Assembly: GCA_048428865.1 (NCBI GenBank)
Contig: DBFOPP010000051.1
Coordinates: 1,302 to 65,301, forward strand
Origin: Collinsella sp.
GTDB taxonomy: Bacteria; Actinomycetota; Coriobacteriia; Coriobacteriales; Coriobacteriaceae
DNA: 64,000 nucleotides
Direction of reading: 5' to 3'
Below are positions 46,848-56,891 of this stretch, in pieces. A model generated the notes under the pieces. That model worked only from the letters and a program-made list of their open reading frames with translations, ran no database searches and had not been told where the DNA came from. Position numbers and translations under genes: made by a program. How positions within the stretch are numbered: the first letter of the stretch is position 1; each line of letters opens with the position of its first letter.

Positions 46848-46875
46848 GTGTTACGAATCTGACAATACGTAACAC
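46848..46875. promoter_or_regulatory. NikR-type operator
   Basis: GTGTTA-N16-TAACAC (IR extends to gtgttacg/cgtaacac) just downstream of -10 TATGAT (46832-46837). Confidence 0.65.
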
Positions 46876-46932
46876 TGACAAGGTGATTCAGGCGGCGTTG
46901 CAATTCCGTGCGCCGACAACCGGGAGGCGTAC

Positions 46933-48018
46933 ATGCACATTCCAGATAATTATCTGTCCCCGCAGACCGATGCCGTCATGGCAGTGGCGATGGTGCCCGT
47001 TTGGGTTCACTGCATCAAGAAGGTGCGCGCCACGCTCGATCGCGAGCACATGGCGTTCCTGGGCATCTGCGCCGCATTCTCCTTCTTGCTCATGATGTTC
47101 AACGTGCCGCTGCCCGGCGGTACCACTGGTCACGCCGTTGGTGGCGCGCTCATCGCGCTGCTGCTGGGCCCCGAGGCTGCTGCCATTGCCGTCTCGGTCG
47201 CGCTGGCGCTGCAGGCGCTGCTGTTTGGCGACGGCGGCATTCTGTCCTTTGGCGCCAACTGCTTTAACATGGCCTTCGTGCTGCCGTTTGCCGCTGCTAT
47301 CGTGTTCCGTGCACTCAACAGCCGCTTGCACGACAAGAGCTGGGGCACCTCGGTTTCGGCCATCGTAAGCGGCTGGGTCGGCCTGTGCCTGGCGGCCCTG
47401 TGCGCAGCAATCGAGTTTGGTATTCAGCCGATGCTTTTCACGAATGCTTCGGGCGCTCCGCTGTACTGCCCCTTCCCGCTGTCCATTGCCATTCCGGCTA
47501 TGATGATTCCGCATATGTTGGTTGCCGGCGTGGTCGAGGGCGTGGCGACTGCCGCGATCTACGGCTTTATCAAGAAGACGGCGCCGGGCGTTATCGTCGG
47601 GCCCGAGGCCGTCGATGGCCAGCTTGCTGCCGAGGGCACTGCTGCTAAGAAGACCTCGCTGGTCCCCACGCTCATCCTGGTCGCCGTGCTTGTCGTGGCT
47701 ACGCCGCTCGGCTTGCTTGCTACCGGTGATGCCTGGGGCGAGTGGGACGCTGAGGGCGCCGCGACTGCCGTTCAGGAGGCTGGTGACGACAGTCTGCAGG
47801 CTTCGGTCGGCCTCGATACTCCGACCTTTGCCGACGCTCTGCCTACGGGTGATTACCTGCAGGCCTATTCCGAGGAACAGGGTCTTGGCTTTGTCGGTCA
47901 GGCTGCCATGTATATCCTGTCCGGCGTGATTGGCGTGGCGGTGCTCACCATCGCATTCCGTCTGATCTCGCTGACGGTCAAGGAAAGCGGAGCCCATGGC
48001 GATGGTCGAGCTGCCTAG
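46933..48018 (+). CDS. cbiM: Ni/Co ECF transporter substrate component CbiM/NikM fused to a PDGLE-like (N) domain
   Basis: N-terminal MHIPDNYL metal-binding motif, GTTGH, QALLFGDGG, C-terminal TPLGLLA..AWGEW. Confidence 0.9.
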   Translation: MHIPDNYLSPQTDAVMAVAMVPVWVHCIKKVRATLDREHMAFLGICAAFSFLLMMFNVPLPGGTTGHAVGGALIALLLGPEAAAIAVSVALALQALLFGDGGILSFGANCFNMAFVLPFAAAIVFRALNSRLHDKSWGTSVSAIVSGWVGLCLAALCAAIEFGIQPMLFTNASGAPLYCPFPLSIAIPAMMIPHMLVAGVVEGVATAAIYGFIKKTAPGVIVGPEAVDGQLAAEGTAAKKTSLVPTLILVAVLVVATPLGLLATGDAWGEWDAEGAATAVQEAGDDSLQASVGLDTPTFADALPTGDYLQAYSEEQGLGFVGQAAMYILSGVIGVAVLTIAFRLISLTVKESGAHGDGRAA

Positions 48019-48832
48019 CTGGCTTGCGGTCGAGCAGCGTTACGAGCCCACGGGCGCTCGTCATCGCGTGATGCAAAAGAACGTCCTGCACCTGGCGAGC
48101 CTGCTTGAGCGGGTTCGCCTGGGTGGAGGCGCGCACGAGGGCGGGTCGATGGTCGACCGCGCCCTTTCTTGCGTTTCGGCTCCGGTGCGCCTGGTGGGGA
48201 TGTTCGTTTGCGTCCTGTGCGTGTGTCTGACGCAGAGCCCGCTGTACCTGATGCTGATGGCGGCTATCGCGCTGGTGCTGGTCGCGGTGCGCCCCGCGCG
48301 CGGGTTGCGCGCGACTTTTGTACCGGCGCTTGGCGCCACGGGGCTTGCGGTGGTTCTGGCGCTGCCTGCCCTGTTGCTGAGCGCGTCTGCCATGGGCGCC
48401 ATGCTCAAGATCGCGCTCAAGACGTTTATTAATGTGTCGCTGGTGCTGGGTGTTTCGTGGACGCTCACCTGGAGCCGCATGTCGGCGGCGCTCAAAATGC
48501 TGCACCTGCCCGACGAGGTTATCTTTACGTTTGATATGGCGCTCAAGCATATTGAGGTGCTGGGACGCACGGCGCACGATCTGTGCGAATCGGTCATGCT
48601 GCGCAGCGTCGGTTCCGCGCCTGCGGGTTTTTCGCGCACCGATTCGCTGGCGGGTATCATGGGCATGACGTTTATCAAGGCGATGGAATGCAGCCGCGCG
48701 ATGGACGAGGCCATGCTGTGTCGCGGCTTCGCCGGCGTGTATCCGGCGCCTGCACGGAGCGGCTTTGGCTGGCGCGATGCGGTTTACGCGGCCGTTGTGG
48801 CGTTGCTCGCCGTGTTGTGCGCGGTGCTGTAG
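47996..48832 (+). CDS. cbiQ: ECF transporter T component CbiQ/NikQ
   Basis: TM segments, LRS and AMLCRGF coupling motifs; operon context. Confidence 0.85.
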   Translation: MAMVELPSWLAVEQRYEPTGARHRVMQKNVLHLASLLERVRLGGGAHEGGSMVDRALSCVSAPVRLVGMFVCVLCVCLTQSPLYLMLMAAIALVLVAVRPARGLRATFVPALGATGLAVVLALPALLLSASAMGAMLKIALKTFINVSLVLGVSWTLTWSRMSAALKMLHLPDEVIFTFDMALKHIEVLGRTAHDLCESVMLRSVGSAPAGFSRTDSLAGIMGMTFIKAMECSRAMDEAMLCRGFAGVYPAPARSGFGWRDAVYAAVVALLAVLCAVL

Positions 48833-48876
48833 CGCGGACGGTCGAACCGTTGATGTGAGTAGGGAAGGGCGACGTT

Positions 48877-49647
48877 TTGGCAAACGATACGAATAACGCG
48901 ATGGGTGCGAGCGGTGCTGCCGGCGCCGAGGTCACGCCGCTCATCGAGTTTCGCGACGTGGTGTTTTCCTATGCGGGTCATACGGTGGTCGATGGCGTTT
49001 CATTGCAGGTGAACCGTGGAGAGCTCGTTGCTCTGCTTGGTCCTAACGGCTGCGGCAAGACGACGATTATGCGTCTTATCAACGGCCTTGAGCTTGCGGA
49101 CGCGGGTGCGTACCTGTTCGACGGGCATGCGGTCGATGCGGCGTTTCTAAAGGATTCTGCGGCCGCTCAGCGTTTTCATCAGCGCGTGGGCTTTGTGTTC
49201 CAGAATGCCGACGCCCAGCTGTTCTGCGCTACGGTGGGCGAGGAAGTTGCTTTTGGTCCCGCGCAGATGGGGTTGCCGGCAGACGAGCTCGAGCGCCGCG
49301 TCCGCGATGCCATGGAGCTATTCCAGGTTGCCGACCTTGCCGACGTCTCTCCCTATCAGCTCTCGGGCGGGCAAAAGAAGCGCGTTGCGCTGGCTGCGGT
49401 GGTGTCGATGAACCCGGATATCCTGGTGCTCGACGAGCCTACCAATGGGCTCGACGAGGATTCATGCGACATCGTGGTCAACTTCTTGCTGGCCTACGTC
49501 GCGGCGGGTAAGACGGTCTTGATGAGCACACATCACCAGGATTTGGTGCGACGCCTGAGTGCCCGTGCAATCTATATCGATCGATATCACCATGTGGTCG
49601 AGGCGCCGGTGTCGTCGTATGGAACCGAGAGCGGCGCTGCGGAATAG
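48877..49647 (+). CDS. cbiO: ECF transporter ATPase CbiO/NikO
   Basis: GPNGCGKT, VFQNADAQLF, LSGGQKKR, LDEPT. Confidence 0.92.
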   Translation: MANDTNNAMGASGAAGAEVTPLIEFRDVVFSYAGHTVVDGVSLQVNRGELVALLGPNGCGKTTIMRLINGLELADAGAYLFDGHAVDAAFLKDSAAAQRFHQRVGFVFQNADAQLFCATVGEEVAFGPAQMGLPADELERRVRDAMELFQVADLADVSPYQLSGGQKKRVALAAVVSMNPDILVLDEPTNGLDEDSCDIVVNFLLAYVAAGKTVLMSTHHQDLVRRLSARAIYIDRYHHVVEAPVSSYGTESGAAE

Positions 49648-49726
49648 TTGCTGCGTAGAGCGTGCGTAGCCGCCTGCGCGGCTTTGCCGTGATGGTATAG
49701 TTATCCAGGTTTTTATGGGGGTGGCT

Positions 49727-50575
49727 ATGCCAAGCTGGAACATTCATATCGCTCAGACGGAGCGTTTGCTGGAGCGCACCGGTGCGCTTGCCAATAGCGT
49801 GCGCGACCGCAATGCCTTTTTGTTTGGCTGCGTGGTTCCGGATATCTTCGTGGGCTATATGGTCCCTGGCATCGCCGATCCCATCCCATACCGCATTACG
49901 CACTTTGCAAAGCCCGAACCTATCCCTAAGCCGCGCGAGCACGAGTTCTGGGATACCTATGTGGCGCCGCTGCTCAAAGGGGCGCCTGTTGGTACGCCGG
50001 CTGCCGCGACCTCGATTGTCGAGGAGCGCGAGCGACTCAATCGGGTACATTATCCCCAACGCTACAAGGATGCCGAGCCGGTTGCCGGTCCCGGTGCTAG
50101 CGAGCTTTCGCTCGCGCCCGATGACGTGGCGCAGTCGTTGCTCGATTTGACACTGGGTGTCTGGTCGCATCTGGTGGCCGATACCGTATGGAATACGCGC
50201 GTGAATCAGTACCTGGAGGCGCACGGCGGCAAGCCGTGCGAGGAGTTCCGCATTAAAAAGCAAGGCGACTTTGACTGGTTTGGCAAGACGCTCGGCATTG
50301 TTTCCATCCCGCGTGCGACCGATCGCCTGTATACCGCTGCGGCACGTTTTGGGCAGTATCCCATCCATAAAGAATATGTGCTCAAGACCATCGGCGTTAT
50401 GCACGAGATCGTGCGCGAAAACCCCGGTGAGCCCGATCATCCGCCGTATCGCCTGCTAACCGAGGAGTTTTTCGATGCGACGTTTACCGAGGTCATCGAG
50501 CTGACCGAGGCGGGTTTTGCCGTCCGTGTCGAATCGCCCGATGTGCCTGCGCTGCCCCTGATTGCTAGCTGCTAG
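49727..50575 (+). CDS. Zinc-dependent phospholipase C-like / metal-binding hydrolase
   Basis: MPSWNIH, G.VVPD, THF, G..SHLVAD..W pattern. Confidence 0.6.
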   Translation: MPSWNIHIAQTERLLERTGALANSVRDRNAFLFGCVVPDIFVGYMVPGIADPIPYRITHFAKPEPIPKPREHEFWDTYVAPLLKGAPVGTPAAATSIVEERERLNRVHYPQRYKDAEPVAGPGASELSLAPDDVAQSLLDLTLGVWSHLVADTVWNTRVNQYLEAHGGKPCEEFRIKKQGDFDWFGKTLGIVSIPRATDRLYTAAARFGQYPIHKEYVLKTIGVMHEIVRENPGEPDHPPYRLLTEEFFDATFTEVIELTEAGFAVRVESPDVPALPLIASC

Positions 50576-51645
50576 CTGGCCGGCCCGGCAGTGAATAGCT
50601 CAACCCAATCGACAAGTAGCTCTTGCCGTAAGGTATCTTCGGCAATGCGTTCCTGTTTGGTCTTTGGGATGTGGGGAAGCCCGGCCTTTTTATGGATGAG
50701 CTCGGCTATGTGGTCGAAGCTCTTCTTCTCCTTGATCTGGTCATAGGTAATTTGGATGACGTCGTAGCCCATGCTTGTGAGTGCGGTGGCGCGCTCGGCA
50801 TCGGAGAGGCTCGCGGCTTCGCTGTCGTGGGCAGAGCGGCCTTGGCATTCCAGAATGACGCCCATGCTGTCGGTGGCGCTTTCGACGAGGATATCGGCGT
50901 AGCAGCAGGTTTTGTCATACAGCGAACGTGCGGCTTCACTGAGCGGGATGCGCGCGTTGTTGGCGATCTCGATGCCCTGGCCGCCCTCGTCGCGGGGGAG
51001 CGAGATAAGCATGGAGGTCTGTACTTCGAAGGGCGAGGCGGCCTGCCCCGTCATGTGCTCGGCCGCCCAGCGCAGTTGTTTGACGCCGCGCAGGCCTGCG
51101 GCTTGCTTGGCGAACGCGGCGATATCCGTTGCGGTAAGAAGCGGCGTGCGCTTCCACAAGTTGGTGTCATTGCCCTTGGTGTCGTTAACTCGCTCCCAGC
51201 CGCAGTTGGGTGGAATGAACTTAAGCGAAATAGCTTCATCGAGTTGTTGTTGCGTTCGCTCGCAGGGCTTAAACACTGCAAAGGAGCCGCACATCTCGTA
51301 GCAAGCCATGAGTAACTGGTTGCGTGAAACCTGCGTAGCAAGGTTGAGCAGCGTGAACTCCGGTGACGTGACATCAAACCCATGTTCAGTCTGCCTAAAC
51401 GGCCCCGGAGGTGGTTCTTGGGTCAGGAGGTGCGATTTAAACAGGCTTCGCGACCCGGATTGTGCCCGAGTGAATACAAGCCTGTGAAGTGGTGCGTGAA
51501 GCAGGTCTTTTACAACTGCATGACTTCCGAGGCCACAACATCTGCGATCCATATTGCCAAGGCTAATGGCGGGGTAAAGGCCTAATACCTGCGGCGGGAT
51601 GCGGTAGTAGTTAAAGGCGGATTGCCCACAAAGCGTCAGGTCCAT
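50572..51645 (-). CDS. AbiEi-like protein with C-terminal DUF559-like nuclease domain (second, divergent)
   Basis: VTSPEFTLL, GLRGVK, ASPFE, LP...GGQG, ADIL, LECQG..AH, D.ER..AL...GYDVIQIT. Confidence 0.68.
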   Translation of the reverse strand: MDLTLCGQSAFNYYRIPPQVLGLYPAISLGNMDRRCCGLGSHAVVKDLLHAPLHRLVFTRAQSGSRSLFKSHLLTQEPPPGPFRQTEHGFDVTSPEFTLLNLATQVSRNQLLMACYEMCGSFAVFKPCERTQQQLDEAISLKFIPPNCGWERVNDTKGNDTNLWKRTPLLTATDIAAFAKQAAGLRGVKQLRWAAEHMTGQAASPFEVQTSMLISLPRDEGGQGIEIANNARIPLSEAARSLYDKTCCYADILVESATDSMGVILECQGRSAHDSEAASLSDAERATALTSMGYDVIQITYDQIKEKKSFDHIAELIHKKAGLPHIPKTKQERIAEDTLRQELLVDWVELFTAGPAS

Positions 51646-51699
51646 AATGCCCTCCTGGCCGAAATCATCTCTTTGAAGCGAGTGATGCCAGCGTCAATC

Positions 51700-51823
51700 C
51701 GGAAGTATGCGGCAAAATCTGAACCCTATGAGCGGACCTGGCTTTTGAGGCTAGTTTATCAGGCATTTTGTTGCGAAAAAACAGGGTGTGCTCGGAGGTT
51801 CCAGAATTTGCCGCATACTTCCG
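51700..51823. repeat. Palindromic element upstream of the DUF559-like gene
   Basis: Perfect 17-bp IR cggaagtatgcggcaaa / tttgccgcatacttccg, extended imperfectly inward. Confidence 0.78.
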
Positions 51824-52002
51824 AAAACCAGGTCGATTTGGTTCTTGCTAAAACGATTTATCAGCCCTGTGTGAGGTGTGGGTTTGCCACCGGGCGAACA
51901 CTTTTAGCGCTTGGGGCTTTATTTTTTGGCCTCGAAGGGTGGATTTCGCGCTTTTGGTAAAGAAATGAGTGCGTGTTTTGCCGTGCGGCGGCATTGGCAC
52001 AG

Positions 52003-52039
52003 AAAAAGGGCCCGGAAGGCAATGCCTTCCGGGCCCTTT
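52003..52039 (-). terminator. Intrinsic terminator of pyk
   Basis: aaagggcccggaaggca-a-tgccttccgggcccttt with A-run giving a U-tail on the minus strand. Confidence 0.8.
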
Positions 52040-52067
52040 GCAATGCAAATCTGCTTGCAAGTACGAT

Positions 52068-53528
52068 TTAGCGTACCTGAGCGACGTAAGCGACGTTGGT
52101 CGAGGAGACCTTGTCCTCGAGCTGGACGCTCATGCGGGGATCGCCGGCGGTAGCGACGGTCAAATCGCCAGTCTTGACGTAGCCGAGCTCCTTAGCGGTC
52201 TCGATCGCCTTGACGATCGTGCCGTTGACGGTGCCCTGGGTAATCTCGGCCTGATGCGGGATAACGCCCCAGTACATGATCATCTGCTGGACGGCCCACT
52301 CGTGGCGGGAGAACGCGCAGATCGGCATGTTGGGACGGAAGTGCGAAATCAGGCGAGCGGTACGACCGGTGGTCGTCGGCACGGTGATGCACTTGGCGCC
52401 AACGGTGGTGGCCATGTTCACAGCGGACATACCCACAACGTTGTTGACGACGCGGGTGCCGTGAGCGTCAGCCGGAACCTCGAGCGGGGCGTGAGCCGGG
52501 AGGTACTTCTCGGTCTCGAGAGCAATGCTGGCCTGCATCTTAACGGCCTCGACCGGGTACTTACCGGCAGCGGACTCGCCAGAGAGCATAACGGCGTCGG
52601 TGCCGTCGTAAATGGCGTTAGCAACGTCGGCAACCTCGGCGCGCGTCGGGCGCGGGTTCTGCTGCATGGAGTCGAGCATCTGCGTAGCGGTGATAACGGG
52701 CTTGTAGGCTGCGTTGCACTTAGCGATGATTTCCTTCTGGATGTGCGGAACGAGCTCGGGCTTGATCTCGATGCCCAGGTCGCCACGGGCGACCATGATG
52801 CCGTCGGAAGCCTCGAGGATCTCGTCGAAGTTCTCGACGCCCAGGGCGCACTCGATCTTCGGGAAGATCGTCACGTGCTCGCCGCCGTTCTCGCGGCAAA
52901 GCTCGCGGATGCCGCGGACGGACTCGCCGTCACGGATGAAGGAAGCGGCGATGTAGTCGATGTTCTCGGTCAGGCCAAAGAGGATGTCCTGACGATCGCG
53001 CTCGGTGATAGCGGGCAGCGAGATGTTGACGTTGGGCATGTTAACACCCTTGCGCTCGCCGATCAGGCCGTCGTTCTTGACGACGCAGGTCATGTCCTGG
53101 CCGTCGACGGACTCGACCTCGAGGGCAACCAGGCCGTCATCGATCAGGATGAGGGAGCCCTTCTCGACCTCGGAGGGCAGAGCCAGGTAGTCGAGGGAGA
53201 TGTGCTCAGAGGTGCCGTGGAAATCCTCGGACGTGGGCTGAGCGGTGACGACGATCTTGTCGCCGGTCTTGACGGCAACCTTCTTGCCGTCGACCAGAAG
53301 GCCGGTGCGGACCTCGGGGCCCTTGGTGTCGAGCAGGATGCCGACGGGCAGACCGAGCTCCTTGGAAATACGACGGACGCGCTCGATGCGACCGTGGTGC
53401 TCGTCGTAGGATCCGTGCGAGAAGTTAAAACGGGCGACGTTCATGCCCGCCTTGATCATCTCACGGATGGTCTCGTCGCTATCGCAGGCGGGACCCATGG
53501 TGCATACAATCTTGGTGCGCTTGTACAT
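52068..53528 (-). CDS. pyk: Pyruvate kinase
   Basis: TKIVCTMGP, RFNFSHG, DTKGPE, MVARGDLG, TQMLDSM, DAVMLSGE. Confidence 0.98.
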   Translation of the reverse strand: MYKRTKIVCTMGPACDSDETIREMIKAGMNVARFNFSHGSYDEHHGRIERVRRISKELGLPVGILLDTKGPEVRTGLLVDGKKVAVKTGDKIVVTAQPTSEDFHGTSEHISLDYLALPSEVEKGSLILIDDGLVALEVESVDGQDMTCVVKNDGLIGERKGVNMPNVNISLPAITERDRQDILFGLTENIDYIAASFIRDGESVRGIRELCRENGGEHVTIFPKIECALGVENFDEILEASDGIMVARGDLGIEIKPELVPHIQKEIIAKCNAAYKPVITATQMLDSMQQNPRPTRAEVADVANAIYDGTDAVMLSGESAAGKYPVEAVKMQASIALETEKYLPAHAPLEVPADAHGTRVVNNVVGMSAVNMATTVGAKCITVPTTTGRTARLISHFRPNMPICAFSRHEWAVQQMIMYWGVIPHQAEITQGTVNGTIVKAIETAKELGYVKTGDLTVATAGDPRMSVQLEDKVSSTNVAYVAQVR

Positions 53529-53857
53529 TCAGACCTCCATCTGACATCGTCTTGCGCTGATAGATAAACCATAAGAAATAAAACTGAGATGATTATAACG
53601 AAATGCCGACCGAATACCCCAAAAAATCGACCGTATGCCGAATTAGAAGTTCATTTTTTGCGAATAAACGGTATATGCAAAAACTTTACCAACCGTTCTA
53701 ACCGCTGCTATCTGGGCGATATTTCAGTTTGATGATGCACCGAAGAAAAAACGTTTTATCAATGTCGAACATCATACGGTCTGCATCGTTGCACTCGAGC
53801 CGTGTTTCCAATTGGAATGTTTTGGCTAGACGCGCCGCTTTGGGGTACCATAGCTCC

Positions 53858-53969
53858 ACTATCAACTGCCGCTCAGCACGGCAGCCTTGATGAGCCCTTG
53901 CCCTTCTCCTGGGAATTATGATCGGGCATCAATCTGCTGAGTGGCCCGAATCCCAGGAGGGGACTCTAT
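53858..53969 (+). promoter_or_regulatory. Structured 5' leader (candidate riboswitch) of the P-type ATPase
   Basis: Two hairpins, the second sequestering the SD aggagg; complementary loops ctcagca/tgctgag; alternative pairings. Confidence 0.5.
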
Positions 53970-56651
53970 ATGCAAAAGGAATACCTGTCCGCCGCGGCGG
54001 AGGTACTCAGCGACCAAGGTGTCGATGAGGACCTCGGCCTGAGCAACGACGAGGCGTCGTCGCGCCTCGCCAAGACAGGCCCTAACAAGCTCGAGGAAGC
54101 CGAGAAGACGCCGTTGTGGAAGCGCTTCTTTGAGCAGATGGCCGACCCCATGGTCATCATGCTGATCGTTGCCGCCGTCATCAGCGCGCTCACGGGCATG
54201 GTCAAGGGCGAGGCGGACTTTGCCGATGTCGCCATCATCATGTTCGTCGTTATCGTCAACTCGGTGCTGGGCGTGGTCCAGGAGGCTAAAAGCGAGGAGG
54301 CTCTCGAGGCCCTGCAGGAGATGAGCGCGGCGCAGTCCAAGGTGCTGCGCGACGGCAAGCTCGTGCACCTGCCGAGCGCCGAGCTCGTGCCCGGTGACGT
54401 GATCATGCTCGAGGCGGGCGACTCCGTCCCGGCCGACTGCCGCGTGCTCGAGAGCGCCACGATGAAGATCGAGGAGGCCGCCCTTACCGGCGAGTCCGTG
54501 CCTGTCGAGAAGCATGCCAACGTGATCGAGCTCGCCGCCGGCACCGACGACGTGCCGCTCGGCGACCGCAAGAACATGTGCTACATGGGCTCCACCGTGG
54601 TGTACGGCCGTGGCCGCGCCGTCGTAGTCGGTACCGGCATGAACACCGAGATGGGTAAGATCGCCGGCGCCCTGGCCGAGGCCAAGGAAGAGCTCACGCC
54701 GCTGCAGGTGAAGCTTGCCGAGCTCAGCCGCATCCTCACTATCATGGTTATCGTCATCTGCGTCGTCATCTTTGGCGTCGACATCATCCGCCACGGCGTG
54801 GGCAACGTTCTCACCGACCCGACCGCGCTGCTCGATACCTTTATGGTCGCTGTCTCGCTTGCCGTCGCCGCCATCCCTGAGGGCCTGGTTGCCGTCGTGA
54901 CTATCGTGCTTTCGCTCGGCGTGACCAAAATGGCCAAGCGCCAGGCGATTATCCGCAAGCTCTCTGCCGTCGAGACCCTTGGCTGCACGCAGACCATCTG
55001 CTCGGACAAGACCGGCACGCTCACCCAGAACAAGATGACCGTCGTCAAGCACGAACTTGCTGCGCCCAAGGAGAAGTTCTTGGCCGGCATGGCGCTGTGC
55101 TCCGATGCCCAGTGGGACGAGGAACTGGGCGAGGCCGTGGGCGAGCCGACCGAGTGCGCGCTCGTCAACGATGCCGGCAAGGCTGGTCTTACTGGCCTGA
55201 CTGCCGAGCACCCGCGCGTGGGCGAGGCCCCGTTCGACTCGGGCCGTAAGATGATGTCCGTGGTCGTCGAGACCCTGGACGGCGAGTACGAGCAGTACAC
55301 CAAGGGCGCGCCCGACGTGGTGATCGGCCTGTGCACCCATATCTACGAGGGCGATAAGGTCGTCCCCCTGACCGAGGAGCGTCGCGCCGAGCTCGTGGCA
55401 GCCAACAAGGCCATGGCCGACGAGGCCCTGCGCGTGCTGGCACTGGCGAGCCGTACCTACACCGAGGTTCCCGCCGACTGCAGCCCCGCTGCGCTCGAGC
55501 ATGACATGGTCTTCTGCGGCCTGTCCGGCATGATTGACCCGGTCCGCCCCGAGGTGGCCGACGCTATCCGCGAGGCGCACGACGCCGGCATCCGCACTGT
55601 CATGATTACGGGCGACCACATCGACACCGCCGTGGCCATCGCCAAGCAGCTGGGCATCGTCGCCGATCGCAGCCAGGCCATCACCGGTGCCGACCTCGAC
55701 CGCATGAGCGACGAGGAGCTCGACGCGCACATCGAGGACTACGGCGTGTACGCTCGCGTTCAGCCCGAGCACAAGACCCGCATCGTCGAGGCCTGGAAGT
55801 CGCGCGACCAGATCGTGGCCATGACGGGCGACGGCGTCAACGACGCCCCGTCCATCAAGCGCGCCGACATCGGCGTTGGCATGGGCATCACCGGTACCGA
55901 TGTCACCAAGAACGTCGCCGACATGGTGCTTGCCGACGACAACTTCGCCACCATCATCGGTGCCTGCGAAGAGGGCCGTCGCATCTACGACAACATCCGC
56001 AAGGTCATCCAGTTCCTGCTTTCGGCCAACCTTGCCGAGGTCTTCTCGGTGTTTATCGCCACGCTCATCGGCTTTACCATCTTCCAGCCGGTGCAGCTGC
56101 TGTGGGTGAACCTGGTCACCGACTGCTTCCCCGCGCTCGCGCTGGGCATGGAGGATGCCGAGGGCGACATCATGAAGCGCAAGCCGCGCAACGCCAAGGA
56201 CGGCGTCTTTGCCGGCAATATGGGTCTGGACTGCGTTGTCCAGGGCCTGATCATCACCGTGCTGGTGCTGGCGAGCTTCTTTGTGGGCGTGTACTTTGAC
56301 ATGGGCTACATCCACATCGCCGATATGATCGCCGGCAATGCCGACGAGGAAGGCGTGATGATGGCGTTCATCACGCTCAACATGGTCGAGATCTTCCACT
56401 GCTTCAATATGCGCAGCCGTCGTGCGTCGCTGTTTAGCATGAAGAAGCAGAACAAGTGGCTTTGGGCTTCGGCTGCGCTGGCGCTGGTGCTGACGGTTAT
56501 CGTGACCGTGCAGCCGACGCTTGCCGAGATGTTCTTTGGCCCCGTGACGCTTGAGCTCAAGGGCGTTCTTGCCGCGCTGGGTCTGGCCTTCCTGATCATC
56601 CCGCTGATGGAGATCTACAAGGCGATCATGCGCGCGGTCGAGAAAGAGTAG
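53970..56651 (+). CDS. P-type (type IIA, Ca2+-like) cation-transporting ATPase
   Basis: LTGES, AIPEGL, CSDKTGTLT, KGAPD, MITGD, TGDGVND, LWVNLVTD. Confidence 0.95.
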   Translation: MQKEYLSAAAEVLSDQGVDEDLGLSNDEASSRLAKTGPNKLEEAEKTPLWKRFFEQMADPMVIMLIVAAVISALTGMVKGEADFADVAIIMFVVIVNSVLGVVQEAKSEEALEALQEMSAAQSKVLRDGKLVHLPSAELVPGDVIMLEAGDSVPADCRVLESATMKIEEAALTGESVPVEKHANVIELAAGTDDVPLGDRKNMCYMGSTVVYGRGRAVVVGTGMNTEMGKIAGALAEAKEELTPLQVKLAELSRILTIMVIVICVVIFGVDIIRHGVGNVLTDPTALLDTFMVAVSLAVAAIPEGLVAVVTIVLSLGVTKMAKRQAIIRKLSAVETLGCTQTICSDKTGTLTQNKMTVVKHELAAPKEKFLAGMALCSDAQWDEELGEAVGEPTECALVNDAGKAGLTGLTAEHPRVGEAPFDSGRKMMSVVVETLDGEYEQYTKGAPDVVIGLCTHIYEGDKVVPLTEERRAELVAANKAMADEALRVLALASRTYTEVPADCSPAALEHDMVFCGLSGMIDPVRPEVADAIREAHDAGIRTVMITGDHIDTAVAIAKQLGIVADRSQAITGADLDRMSDEELDAHIEDYGVYARVQPEHKTRIVEAWKSRDQIVAMTGDGVNDAPSIKRADIGVGMGITGTDVTKNVADMVLADDNFATIIGACEEGRRIYDNIRKVIQFLLSANLAEVFSVFIATLIGFTIFQPVQLLWVNLVTDCFPALALGMEDAEGDIMKRKPRNAKDGVFAGNMGLDCVVQGLIITVLVLASFFVGVYFDMGYIHIADMIAGNADEEGVMMAFITLNMVEIFHCFNMRSRRASLFSMKKQNKWLWASAALALVLTVIVTVQPTLAEMFFGPVTLELKGVLAALGLAFLIIPLMEIYKAIMRAVEKE

Positions 56652-56661
56652 CGTACTCGTC

Positions 56662-56750
56662 CGGGCCCGCCCCACGCCCTTTCTCCCTCACTGGTCCTCG
56701 CGCTTCGCGCTGCGGGATCGTTCGGGAGAAAGGGCTTCCGGGGCGGGCCC
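56662..56750. repeat. Long GC-rich hairpin after the ATPase
   Basis: gggcccgcccc..gccctttctccc ... gggagaaagggc..ggggcgggccc. Confidence 0.65.
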
Positions 56751-56891
56751 TGCGGTATCCTTGTTGGCTTTTCTCCCGTGCGGATGAAAAGGGCTGAGGG
56801 AAAGTTTGTGAGCTGGTCGGGCTTTGCCCGGCCAGCTCTTTTTGATTTAAAATACCTGCTCAGTTGTGATTTTGGGTGCTGGGAGGCATTT

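Noticed and set aside
46690..46930. Cobalamin or NiCo riboswitch upstream of cbiM
   Set aside because: No B12-box or NiCo consensus recognised; the leader after the -10 is short and holds an operator-like IR
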